A DNA stretch of 24,407 bases from a virus (taxonomy: Duplodnaviria; Caudoviricetes), in IMG/VR virus record IMGVR_UViG_3300023435_000092, positions 1 through 24,407 of that record. One strand, given 5' to 3'. A model generated the notes under the pieces. The model worked only from the letters and a program-made list of their open reading frames with translations. It was not told the origin of the DNA and made no database searches. A program made the translations under genes and the position numbers. Positions 16,367 to 24,407 of the stretch are shown here, piece after piece. Numbering within the stretch: the stretch's first letter is position 1; each line of letters begins with the position of its first letter.

Positions 16367-17703
16367 AAGAGGCAATGCCTGACTTAGACTTAGTTGTTAA
16401 GTCTTACTTCGGAATTGATCTCTTCCCTTACCAGAAAGAAATAATAGAATCTATTTTTAGTGATGACCGTAAGGTTACAATTAGAGCAACAACACGTGCT
16501 GGTAAATCATATTCAGTTGCACTAGCTGCACTGTTATTTGCGTTATGTTACCCAGGTAAGAAGGTTGGGATAATAGCGCCAACACAGCATAAGACTAAAA
16601 TTATAATGGGATACATTGGTGAGTTCTTATCAGTTGCTCCAGACTTAGTTGGTATGCTTGACATGAGTATGTCTAGTAATGACATCGCAAGACTAAAGAA
16701 AGAAACATCTAAGCAGCGTCTAACATTTGTCAATGGAAGTTCAATAGAGGTTTTAACTGCTGACTTGCCAAGTGGTGGTCAGGGATTAATGGGACGTGCT
16801 TATCATTTAACTATAGTAGATGAGAGCGCTGAAATTAGTGCTGAAGCTTATTCAAAGATATACCGAATGCTGGTTGAGTCTAAAGATGCTAAATTGGTTG
16901 AGATATACAACCCATGGTATTTAAATCATACTTACGAACACTTCAATGACGAGTCATGGAAGAAGATACACATTGACTGGAGACGTTGCGTTAAGGAAGG
17001 ACGATTACACGAGAACGATATAATGGATCAGAAGAGGAACTTAACTGAGTTAGAGTTTAGTGTATTGTATGATGCTAACTTCCCGAAGGATATAGAGAAC
17101 AGTATATTCTCACAACAGGGCCATATAGAAAATGCTATACGGAAGAAAGAGTTTAAGTTATACGACAGAATATTAATAGGTGTAGATGTTGCACGAGGCG
17201 GTAAGGACTACACGGTAATTACCATAGTTGGTGAATACAAGGGCGACTTCAGTTATATAGAATACAAGAAGATGGACACCAACGACATAATGAAAGTGGT
17301 AGGAATGACAACATTATATGCTGATAAATACAAAGCTTACGAAGTGAAGATAAGTGTTGATACTGTTGGACTAGGCGCTGGAGTTCATGACAGACTCAAA
17401 GAAATGTCATACAATTCAACTGCATTCTCTGCAGGGTCACGTGCAAGGAATAAGTCACGATTCTATAATATAAAGGCAGAGACTATATTTGAGTTGGCTG
17501 ATATTATGAAGGAGGGTAAGTTTTACAATTTACCATATCCAAGCGAGTACGCACTACAGTTAAAGAAATGGATATTTGAAGTGAGGTCAGACAGACAGCT
17601 TAGAGTAATTGACCCAGAAGATAAGAGTCCTGATTTCGCGGATAGTTTAGCAATTACATTTAATAGACCACAACAAGTATTAGTGGGATCAATAGATTTA
17701 TAG
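16363..17703 (+). CDS. terL: Terminase large subunit
   Basis: LFPYQ adenine motif; Walker A TRAGKS; Walker B TIVDESA; YNP; RNase H-like GVDVARGGKD, VDTVGLG and SPDFADSL. Confidence 0.95.
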   Translation: MKEAMPDLDLVVKSYFGIDLFPYQKEIIESIFSDDRKVTIRATTRAGKSYSVALAALLFALCYPGKKVGIIAPTQHKTKIIMGYIGEFLSVAPDLVGMLDMSMSSNDIARLKKETSKQRLTFVNGSSIEVLTADLPSGGQGLMGRAYHLTIVDESAEISAEAYSKIYRMLVESKDAKLVEIYNPWYLNHTYEHFNDESWKKIHIDWRRCVKEGRLHENDIMDQKRNLTELEFSVLYDANFPKDIENSIFSQQGHIENAIRKKEFKLYDRILIGVDVARGGKDYTVITIVGEYKGDFSYIEYKKMDTNDIMKVVGMTTLYADKYKAYEVKISVDTVGLGAGVHDRLKEMSYNSTAFSAGSRARNKSRFYNIKAETIFELADIMKEGKFYNLPYPSEYALQLKKWIFEVRSDRQLRVIDPEDKSPDFADSLAITFNRPQQVLVGSIDL

Positions 17704-17717
17704 ATAAGTTTATAAAG
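17703..17717 (+). promoter_or_regulatory. BRE/TATA-like promoter for the portal operon
   Basis: GATAAGTTTATAAAG; similar elements precede TerS (~15832) and the protease (~20847). Confidence 0.5.
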
Positions 17718-17763
17718 TCACAGAACTTGTATACTATATAACTTATCTCTTGGAGGAATAAAT

Positions 17764-19194
17764 ATGGCATTTTTTGATTTTTTTAGTAACATATTCGTAC
17801 AGAAAAGCGCACCAGTACAAAAATCTGATTTTATGAGTAAACAAATAGGTAAATACACACAAGTAATTGATTCGATACCTACTTATAACCCTAATGATAT
17901 TACTGCATTTGAATTAGATAGGAATAAATGTTACATAATGGCTGAGGCAAACGACACATTAAAAAATGTTTTATACGTTGTCAATAGGGAAACTTTCAAG
18001 GAAGGATATGATATACAACCTAAATACAGGTTCAAATGTTTAGATTGTGGTGCTGAATATGATAGAGAAGTTGAAATTTGTGAGAACGATAAATGTAAGT
18101 CAAGTAATTTAATAGAGCCTGACGAAGAAGAGAAGAAAAGATTAGAGACAACACTTGATATTATTAACAGGAACGACGAGAGTGTTATTAAGTTATTCAA
18201 ACAAATAGAAAAAGACCTTAATATAGTTGATGAGGCTTACATTTTAAATACAGGTGAAGATGAATACTATAGATTACATCCACTGTCAATCAAGCCGATT
18301 ATATCTGAGCAAGGATTATTAGGTCACGATGAAGGCGGACGAATGTTAGTATTCCAAACATATGATAGAACTCAAGTATTTCCATTAGATGAAGAACAAG
18401 AGATACCTGAAGGACACGTTAGTGCAGATTACTTATCTAACGATGGTAAATATTATAACAGAAGGGAACTAATCAGGATACATAAATTTGATGATGGATT
18501 ACATGAGTCTTATCCTCCAGTAATGACTCTATGGGATAAATTATATATGTTGAATAAAATGGATGAATATTTAGCATTATGGTATGCAGGTAAGAGACCA
18601 GCAAAGGGTATTATGGTATTCAATACAGACGATCCAATCTCAATGCAAAAACAATTAGCTGATCAGGCTCTTAACCAAAAGAAGAACCCACATTCATTAA
18701 TGACTATATACACAGATTTAAAAGATGCTAAGAAATTAGTAGAGTATTTACCACTTACACCAACACCGAGTGAGTTAGATTCTGAAGCTACAAGAGATAA
18801 CATACGTAGATATATTGCAGGATTTTATGGTATACTTCCACTATATATGGGAGACGTTTCTAATACTGGTGGCTTAAATAACGAGACATTACAATTAACT
18901 GTAACACGTGACACAATTTTATCTAACGTTCGTAGGTACGATAAGATCCTTGAGTTGATAGCTAAGAGATTAGAAATTAACGATTGGGTTGTAACTATTA
19001 AATTACCAGACGAAATTAAAATGACAAGATCCTTAGAACTTGAGAACCAGAAGATAGACGTTGCTATTAAGAAGCAAAATTTAGGTTACGAGATGGAATA
19101 CGACGAGGATACTGATGATTGGGAACTTGGGGAAAAGCGAGAAGCTCCTACAGAAGAATCAGGAGTCCCGTTCAAGTTTGACGAACAGTTTTAG
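17764..19194 (+). CDS. Portal protein with a Zn-ribbon insertion
   Basis: Follows TerL; DLNIVDEAYI, RLHP and IAGFYGILPLYMG motifs; CLDC...CENDKC insert. Confidence 0.85.
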   Translation: MAFFDFFSNIFVQKSAPVQKSDFMSKQIGKYTQVIDSIPTYNPNDITAFELDRNKCYIMAEANDTLKNVLYVVNRETFKEGYDIQPKYRFKCLDCGAEYDREVEICENDKCKSSNLIEPDEEEKKRLETTLDIINRNDESVIKLFKQIEKDLNIVDEAYILNTGEDEYYRLHPLSIKPIISEQGLLGHDEGGRMLVFQTYDRTQVFPLDEEQEIPEGHVSADYLSNDGKYYNRRELIRIHKFDDGLHESYPPVMTLWDKLYMLNKMDEYLALWYAGKRPAKGIMVFNTDDPISMQKQLADQALNQKKNPHSLMTIYTDLKDAKKLVEYLPLTPTPSELDSEATRDNIRRYIAGFYGILPLYMGDVSNTGGLNNETLQLTVTRDTILSNVRRYDKILELIAKRLEINDWVVTIKLPDEIKMTRSLELENQKIDVAIKKQNLGYEMEYDEDTDDWELGEKREAPTEESGVPFKFDEQF

Positions 19195-19204
19195 GTGTGA
19201 TTAA

Positions 19205-20497
19205 ATGGCTAGGGTATATGTAAAAGACCCCAGCAAAGCACCCGCTGGAGCAAAACTTACACAAGGTAAACGTGGTGGATTTTATTATGAGTCTGGGCCT
19301 AAACAGCCTAAGGCTACATCTTCTTATTCTGAACAAGTAAGCCACTTTACTAAAGAAGTACCTATTAATTCTGAAGTTGAATATAACTACGATTACTTCG
19401 GTGATCATGTTATACGTACTAAGGGTGAGAGTGACAGAGTTGAGTCCCTTATAACACCTGAGCATTTCAGTAAGGATCATGTAAGTATCCATAACCACAC
19501 AGATAATACTCCTCCGTCCCCGCAAGATATAATGGCATTTTTATATATGAAGCAGAGCGCTAGCATTATTACTAATCCTGATGGAACTGTATATGTAATG
19601 ACTAAGGACGAGAACACTACTGATTTAGATTTAGGCATAGTACCTAAGGACAAAGAAGAGTTAAGGGATTTAGTTGGATATGTATCTGAAAGGTCAGAGG
19701 AAGAAATGAGAGACTTCGTTGTTAATGTATCTGATCAGACAGTGCCATTTAGTGTACAGGTATTACCATATTTCCAGAAGAAGTATAATTTCAAAGTAGA
19801 TGTAATTAATAAGACTGCTAAGAAGTATATCAAGAAGGCGGGGATTACTAACCAGATAGACAGTATAATAGGTGTGCGTAAAGACCCTAAAAAAGTTATA
19901 CTATTATTAAACTCATTTTTCAAGACCACACTTAAGGCATTTATATCTACTAAGTTATTTGAGGTATTCACTAAATCAAAGCGTAGTATAATACCAAGCG
20001 CTAAAATAACCCGTAATGACGACAATATAGTAGAAAGTGTTTTAAATAGTAAAGTACTATCTAATACATATTCATACTTGTCAAAAAGGACAAGCAAGAA
20101 GATAAATGACATTATAGCTCAGGGCGTTAAACAAGGCATCGGACAACAGAAGATCCGTGCCGCAGTTAGCAATGAGATCAAGACATTCACTAACAATAGA
20201 GTAGAAACTATAGTTAGAACCGAAAGTAACAATATAATGAACCTTGCAAGAGAGAAAGCATATTCCGAGATAGATCCAGAACAAAAGAGAAAGTATATAA
20301 TGCGAGGCCCTACAGATTCACGTAATGCAGAATCAAGCAGGGTAATAAAGAGAGAACAAGGACGAGGATTACCAATGAAAGACTTAAAGAAATTAGTAAA
20401 GAGAGTGGCAATGAAATACCATCCGACTACTTACGATCCAAGCCGTCCCTTTTCCTATCATATTAATCAAAGACATAGTTTAGGTGTAGCAATATGA
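19205..20497 (+). CDS. MuF/SPP1 gp7-like head protein with an N-terminal JAB/MPN-like domain
   Basis: C-terminal RVETIVRTES...DSR...HINQRH; internal HNHTDNTPPSPQD; lies between portal and protease. Confidence 0.75.
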   Translation: MARVYVKDPSKAPAGAKLTQGKRGGFYYESGPKQPKATSSYSEQVSHFTKEVPINSEVEYNYDYFGDHVIRTKGESDRVESLITPEHFSKDHVSIHNHTDNTPPSPQDIMAFLYMKQSASIITNPDGTVYVMTKDENTTDLDLGIVPKDKEELRDLVGYVSERSEEEMRDFVVNVSDQTVPFSVQVLPYFQKKYNFKVDVINKTAKKYIKKAGITNQIDSIIGVRKDPKKVILLLNSFFKTTLKAFISTKLFEVFTKSKRSIIPSAKITRNDDNIVESVLNSKVLSNTYSYLSKRTSKKINDIIAQGVKQGIGQQKIRAAVSNEIKTFTNNRVETIVRTESNNIMNLAREKAYSEIDPEQKRKYIMRGPTDSRNAESSRVIKREQGRGLPMKDLKKLVKRVAMKYHPTTYDPSRPFSYHINQRHSLGVAI

Positions 20498-20844
20498 GTG
20501 GATTCGCAGAGTATGAAAAATCAGGTTACGATCCAGTTAAGTGGAACGATGCCATTGAGAAGAGATATCCTAATGGAGGGGTGTGTGATTATTGTGGGAA
20601 GAATGCTGAGTTTTTGCACGTTTATGAAGAGAGTGTTTGTCGTAATTGTATTGAAGATATTAATAAGCATTGTAATACTTCTTTTCCTATTACCAGTATT
20701 GAGTCTGGTTTTTGTGACTTTTGTGGCCACTATTCTTCTATACCCGAGATGCAAGGACAAGTAAGAATAGATATATGTACTGAGTGTATGGCACGTATAG
20801 GTAAACAAACAAGAACAAACAACCACAAAAAAATGAAGCTTTAG
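20494..20844 (+). CDS. Double Zn-finger protein
   Basis: CDYC, CRNC, CDFC and CTEC; ATGA overlap with the upstream gene. Confidence 0.7.
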   Translation: MSGFAEYEKSGYDPVKWNDAIEKRYPNGGVCDYCGKNAEFLHVYEESVCRNCIEDINKHCNTSFPITSIESGFCDFCGHYSSIPEMQGQVRIDICTECMARIGKQTRTNNHKKMKL

Positions 20845-20846
20845 AC

Positions 20847-20861
20847 GAAAGCTTTATAAAC
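20847..20861 (+). promoter_or_regulatory. BRE/TATA promoter for the protease-capsid operon
   Basis: GAAAGCTTTATAAAC, about 45 bp upstream of ATG20904. Confidence 0.55.
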
Positions 20862-20903
20862 TACTTTTCACTTCTATTTTTATATACCTTCGGAGAGGTT
20901 GAT

Positions 20904-21839
20904 ATGAAACTAATAAAAGAGAATGACAGACGTATTGTACAGGGTTATGGTTCAGTAGAAGTATTGGATCGCCAAAATGAATTAATTCCGATTGACGAAA
21001 TAAGGAAGTTCATGAGGACTTATATTAAACGTGGCGCTCCGTTGATGTATAATCACACTAATCAGTCTGTAGGGAAGCTTATTGATTACGAAATAGTAGA
21101 GAAGAATAATAAACCTGCTATTTTAATCAAAGCCGAAGTATACGACGATTATCCAGAAGACGATGATATTTGGGACAAAGTTAATTCTAACATTATTACT
21201 GGGTTTTCTATAGGGGGCGGCCGTCCGGAACGTAAAGTTACCAAAGAGGGGGCTGTGTTATACAATACTCCTGTGTGGGAATTTAGTCTAGTTGAGAGAC
21301 CAGCAAATCAGATGTCTACTATAACGGCACATAGTGTGGCTAAATCTGATAATAGTGAGACATTATTTGTACCATTATCCAAGGCTTGTGATGAACAAAT
21401 TAAACCTGAAGTTAAAGACAAAAAGATTAATGAGGTGGAAACTATGGTAGTTAAAGAAGAAGCTCCTAAGGAAGAAACTCCTACATTGGAATCTCGTGTT
21501 GATGTATTAGAAAAAGCATTAGTAAAAATACAAAAAGCAGATGAAGAAGTTAAGGAAGCTCCAAAGGAAGAAGATAAAAAAGAAGAAGTAGCAAAAGAAG
21601 AAGCTCCAAAAAAAGAACCAGCTGCTGAAGAAGATAAAAAAGAAGATATAAAAGACATGCAAAAAGCAATGATTTCAGCTATAGCAGAAGGCTTCGCAAA
21701 TTTAAAGAAATCCGATAAGAAAGTAGAAGAGCCAAAAGTTGAAAAGAACATTAAGAAAAAAGTTGAATTACCAGTGAAAAAATCAGCTAGTAATGATTTC
21801 AACGACTTCTTAGTTAAAGTAGGAGCTAGAGGTGAATAG
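20904..21839 (+). CDS. Prohead protease (HK97-type) with a C-terminal scaffold-like region
   Basis: VQGYG..DRQNE, LMYNH, GFSIGG (catalytic Ser), EFSLVERPAN; E/K-rich C-terminal half. Confidence 0.9.
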   Translation: MKLIKENDRRIVQGYGSVEVLDRQNELIPIDEIRKFMRTYIKRGAPLMYNHTNQSVGKLIDYEIVEKNNKPAILIKAEVYDDYPEDDDIWDKVNSNIITGFSIGGGRPERKVTKEGAVLYNTPVWEFSLVERPANQMSTITAHSVAKSDNSETLFVPLSKACDEQIKPEVKDKKINEVETMVVKEEAPKEETPTLESRVDVLEKALVKIQKADEEVKEAPKEEDKKEEVAKEEAPKKEPAAEEDKKEDIKDMQKAMISAIAEGFANLKKSDKKVEEPKVEKNIKKKVELPVKKSASNDFNDFLVKVGARGE

Positions 21840-21841
21840 AT

Positions 21842-22993
21842 ATGGCTTACACAAATTTAGACGCATTACCAAGATTCAACACTCTTGAAGATCAATTTAG
21901 TTATTATTATGAAGCAGCAGTTAAGAAATCTGATGACCCGATTATTTCAACAACATCAGGTATGATTAACGCTAGATACGGAATGGAATTATTTTCCGCA
22001 TTATCTCAAGAAGCTAACGCATTCGGAATTTTACCTAAATTCTCATACACTAGAAAAGGTTTCAGAGCTATAACAGCAAACGAAGCAACTAGTGCAGGTG
22101 CAGCAGAAAACGCTAACTGGCCTGAAACAGACAAACCAGATGTTACAGAAGTATCTGTAGCTTTGAAAAATGTTAGAACTCCTTACGATATTTCAATGCA
22201 AGAAATGATTTACGAAGGTAATGATGACACTGTATCTAACGCTGACTTACACAAATATTACGGTGTTAGACACGCAAGTGTAATCAACGGTCAATTAATG
22301 GCTACTAACGGAACTTTAGCTTCAAACAATTTCGAAAGTTTAGACCGTGTTTGTGGTTCATACTCTGAGGTAACTAACTGTACAGATGCAGCAGCTGGTG
22401 CATACTCCGCTGGAGACTTAGATATTTACTCACAAGACAGAGACGCAGCTGTAAGTTGGGTTGATGCTTATGTTGATCATAACAGCTCAGTAATGAGAAC
22501 TTTTAGTTTAGACTTAATCGTAGATGCATTCGGTGAAGTTGAAGTATACGGTGGAAAAACAAATGTTATTATGACAGGTAAAGATACATGCGCTGACATT
22601 GAAAAAGAAGCAGATGTATATGTTAGATATAACATGACTGGTGGAGCATTAAAATCTTCATTTGTTAGCTTAGGTGTTAACGGTGTACAAACTATTGAAG
22701 GAACTGGAAAAGGAACTAGAACTGCTGAATTATATGGTGTACCTTTATTTAAATCTAAAGACACAGTAGCAGAATCAACAGGTTCAAGTAGAATTTACGG
22801 TTTAGACACAGGAATTAATGAATTGGGTGTAACTCCAAAAGTAGGAATTAAAATGGGAATGCCTCCAAAGAGATTCGTAAGTGAAGATGTTTTAGGAAAT
22901 AATAACTTAGCTGTAAAATACGGTTATGCAACTATTGCTGAATTACAATGTGAAATCTTCAGACATCAATGGAAAATTAGAGATTTAGCTTAA
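21842..22993 (+). CDS. Major capsid protein (HK97 fold)
   Basis: 383 aa directly after the protease; NNFESLDRV and LYGVPL motifs; strongly biased codons; followed by a T-rich terminator. Confidence 0.9.
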   Translation: MAYTNLDALPRFNTLEDQFSYYYEAAVKKSDDPIISTTSGMINARYGMELFSALSQEANAFGILPKFSYTRKGFRAITANEATSAGAAENANWPETDKPDVTEVSVALKNVRTPYDISMQEMIYEGNDDTVSNADLHKYYGVRHASVINGQLMATNGTLASNNFESLDRVCGSYSEVTNCTDAAAGAYSAGDLDIYSQDRDAAVSWVDAYVDHNSSVMRTFSLDLIVDAFGEVEVYGGKTNVIMTGKDTCADIEKEADVYVRYNMTGGALKSSFVSLGVNGVQTIEGTGKGTRTAELYGVPLFKSKDTVAESTGSSRIYGLDTGINELGVTPKVGIKMGMPPKRFVSEDVLGNNNLAVKYGYATIAELQCEIFRHQWKIRDLA

Positions 22994-22998
22994 TTGCT

Positions 22999-23022
22999 AT
23001 TTCTTTTTTTTCTTTTTTTTTA
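22999..23022 (+). terminator. Archaeal oligo-T terminator
   Basis: Two long T runs immediately after the MCP stop. Confidence 0.7.
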
Positions 23023-23037
23023 TAAAGAGGTGTATAA

Positions 23038-23316
23038 ATGGTATATTATATTAAGAGAAAATTCGCAGAGGGTGACAAAAAGCTTATCTGTGTTTTAGCA
23101 CCAAGATCAGGTATTAGATATGATTTCTTTGAAGACAAGTCTACAGGTAGTACTTACGGTGTAGATAGAAAGTTTTTTGAAGACAGCCCAATGTTTGAAG
23201 TATCTGACAAACCAATGAAAGTATCAAAGAAAGTAGAAAAAACAGTAGACGATATAGAAGAAGAAATAATAGAAGTAAAAACAGTTAAGAAGAGGGTTGC
23301 TAAAAAAAAAAAGTAA
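23038..23316 (+). CDS. Hypothetical virion-module protein with a charged C-terminal tail
   Basis: SD GAGGTG; ORF track. Confidence 0.7.
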   Translation: MVYYIKRKFAEGDKKLICVLAPRSGIRYDFFEDKSTGSTYGVDRKFFEDSPMFEVSDKPMKVSKKVEKTVDDIEEEIIEVKTVKKRVAKKKK

Positions 23317-23369
23317 CTGATAAAAGTTTAATGAGTAAAATAAAAAGTTTATTCTAAGAGGTGGATATT

Positions 23370-23720
23370 ATGACAGCAATAACAATTACTTATGCAGAGA
23401 AAGCATTAATTAAAGGAAGAAAAGGACCAGGTGTTGGAATTTCTGAAATTAAATATGTATCAGAAGTAATAACATTAGGTTCAACAAGTGAAACATACAC
23501 AACAGGTGGAAACGCATTTGATTTAAGAACATTCAGTAAAGATGGATCAACAGAACCAACTAAAGTATACTTCCACGACTTTGTTAATAATACATATTTA
23601 TTCAAATATGATGATGCAAACCACAAATTATTAATTTACGACCTATCAGCAGGTACAGAATTAGCTAACACTACAAACGTTGGTGCAAAAACAGTATTAT
23701 GTGAAATGGAATTTGAATAG
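23370..23720 (+). CDS. Putative minor capsid/decoration protein
   Basis: SD GAGGTGG before ATG23370; YTTGG...KYDDANHKLLIY...GTEL beta-rich pattern seen in small virion proteins. Confidence 0.55.
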   Translation: MTAITITYAEKALIKGRKGPGVGISEIKYVSEVITLGSTSETYTTGGNAFDLRTFSKDGSTEPTKVYFHDFVNNTYLFKYDDANHKLLIYDLSAGTELANTTNVGAKTVLCEMEFE

Positions 23721-23729
23721 TGATATAAA

Positions 23730-24407
23730 ATGGCTACATACGACTTCAATGTACTTGTAGAGGATCAAAGCGAGAACTTGGTATCTGGGGCAACAGTAAC
23801 AGTGTATAAAAGTGACAATACCAGTGCAGGTACAGGAACAACAACAGCTTCAGGTGTTCTTGCAGCAGCAATATCTTTAGATACTACTGACAATGTACAT
23901 TTAATTGAAGTTACTAAGACAGGGTATGAAACTGTATCTCGTTCTTATGAGATCGCGTACGAAGATACTAGTTATTATATCAAATTACCAAGTTACGATA
24001 CTACATACACAACAGTAGACAAAGTACGCAGATTTATGCAACTAAGTCAGAACGCATATCAGGCTAACACTAGAGTAACTGACTCAACTATAGCTGATAG
24101 AATAAACGAAGCAGAAGACTATATGGACAAGTATTGTCGTAGAGCGTGGCGTTCAACTACAGTTACAGAGAAATTTGGTGCATACAGAAGAGAGCGTGAC
24201 GATGAATTATTTAATCATTGTTTCTTAACATACCCAGATACATACACTTTAGATTCAGTATCATTAGATGAATTGAATGTATGGACTGAAAACGCTTGGG
24301 TAGATTACTTATCTACTAAGACTGAAGGCCGTGCAAACGATTTCTACCAAGATAACACTAAGGGAATAGTATATATCAAACCAGATTCATACGGTGAACG
24401 TAGAATA
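23730..24407 (+). CDS. Head-tail adaptor with an N-terminal Ig/carboxypeptidase-regulatory-like domain (3'-truncated)
   Basis: Open from ATG23730 to the window end. VEDQSENLVSGATVTV...VTKTGYET, then YTTVDKVRRFM...INEAEDYMDKYCRRAW. Confidence 0.7.
   Translation, partial: MATYDFNVLVEDQSENLVSGATVTVYKSDNTSAGTGTTTASGVLAAAISLDTTDNVHLIEVTKTGYETVSRSYEIAYEDTSYYIKLPSYDTTYTTVDKVRRFMQLSQNAYQANTRVTDSTIADRINEAEDYMDKYCRRAWRSTTVTEKFGAYRRERDDELFNHCFLTYPDTYTLDSVSLDELNVWTENAWVDYLSTKTEGRANDFYQDNTKGIVYIKPDSYGERRI

Noticed and set aside
11760-17703. Inteins in MCM or TerL
   Set aside because: Both proteins are of normal length with contiguous motifs; no intein splice-junction or LAGLIDADG signatures.
1641-23626. 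Antisense and alternative-frame ORFs in the track (e.g. 1641-1844, 2403-2648, 5221-5472, 10519-10881, 12325-13452, 15729-15932, 21308-21802, 22477-22764)
   Set aside because: They shadow well-supported genes or the tRNA, lack SD sites and have S/L/I/F-biased antisense composition.

Overview
AT-rich (roughly 30% GC by eye) genome segment of an archaeal tailed virus (HK97-fold Caudoviricetes). It has archaeal GGTGA/GGAGG ribosome-binding sites, TATA/BRE-like promoters and oligo-T terminators. Layout: end of the fibre module and two small membrane (lysis-like) genes (+, 1-4819); a leftward block (4847-13763) with a group II chaperonin (thermosome), a RecB-like PD-(D/E)xK nuclease, a stand-alone SpoT/Mesh1-like HD hydrolase, RHH and Zn-ribbon micro-proteins and a full-length MCM helicase; an AT-rich divergent gap (candidate origin); then a rightward block with regulators, YopX, a PC4-like protein, an atypical tRNA-like gene, TerS, TerL, portal, a MuF-like head protein carrying a JAB/MPN-like domain, prohead protease with a nested scaffold start, major capsid protein and an Ig-fused head-tail adaptor running off the window end. 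No integrase, DNA polymerase, primase or endolysin was recognised. Most notable: the viral thermosome plus MCM in a compact genome, the JAB-like domain in a head protein, the initiator-like tRNA with a shortened anticodon arm, and the alarmone-hydrolase-like HD protein. All family calls come from motif recognition, not database searches.
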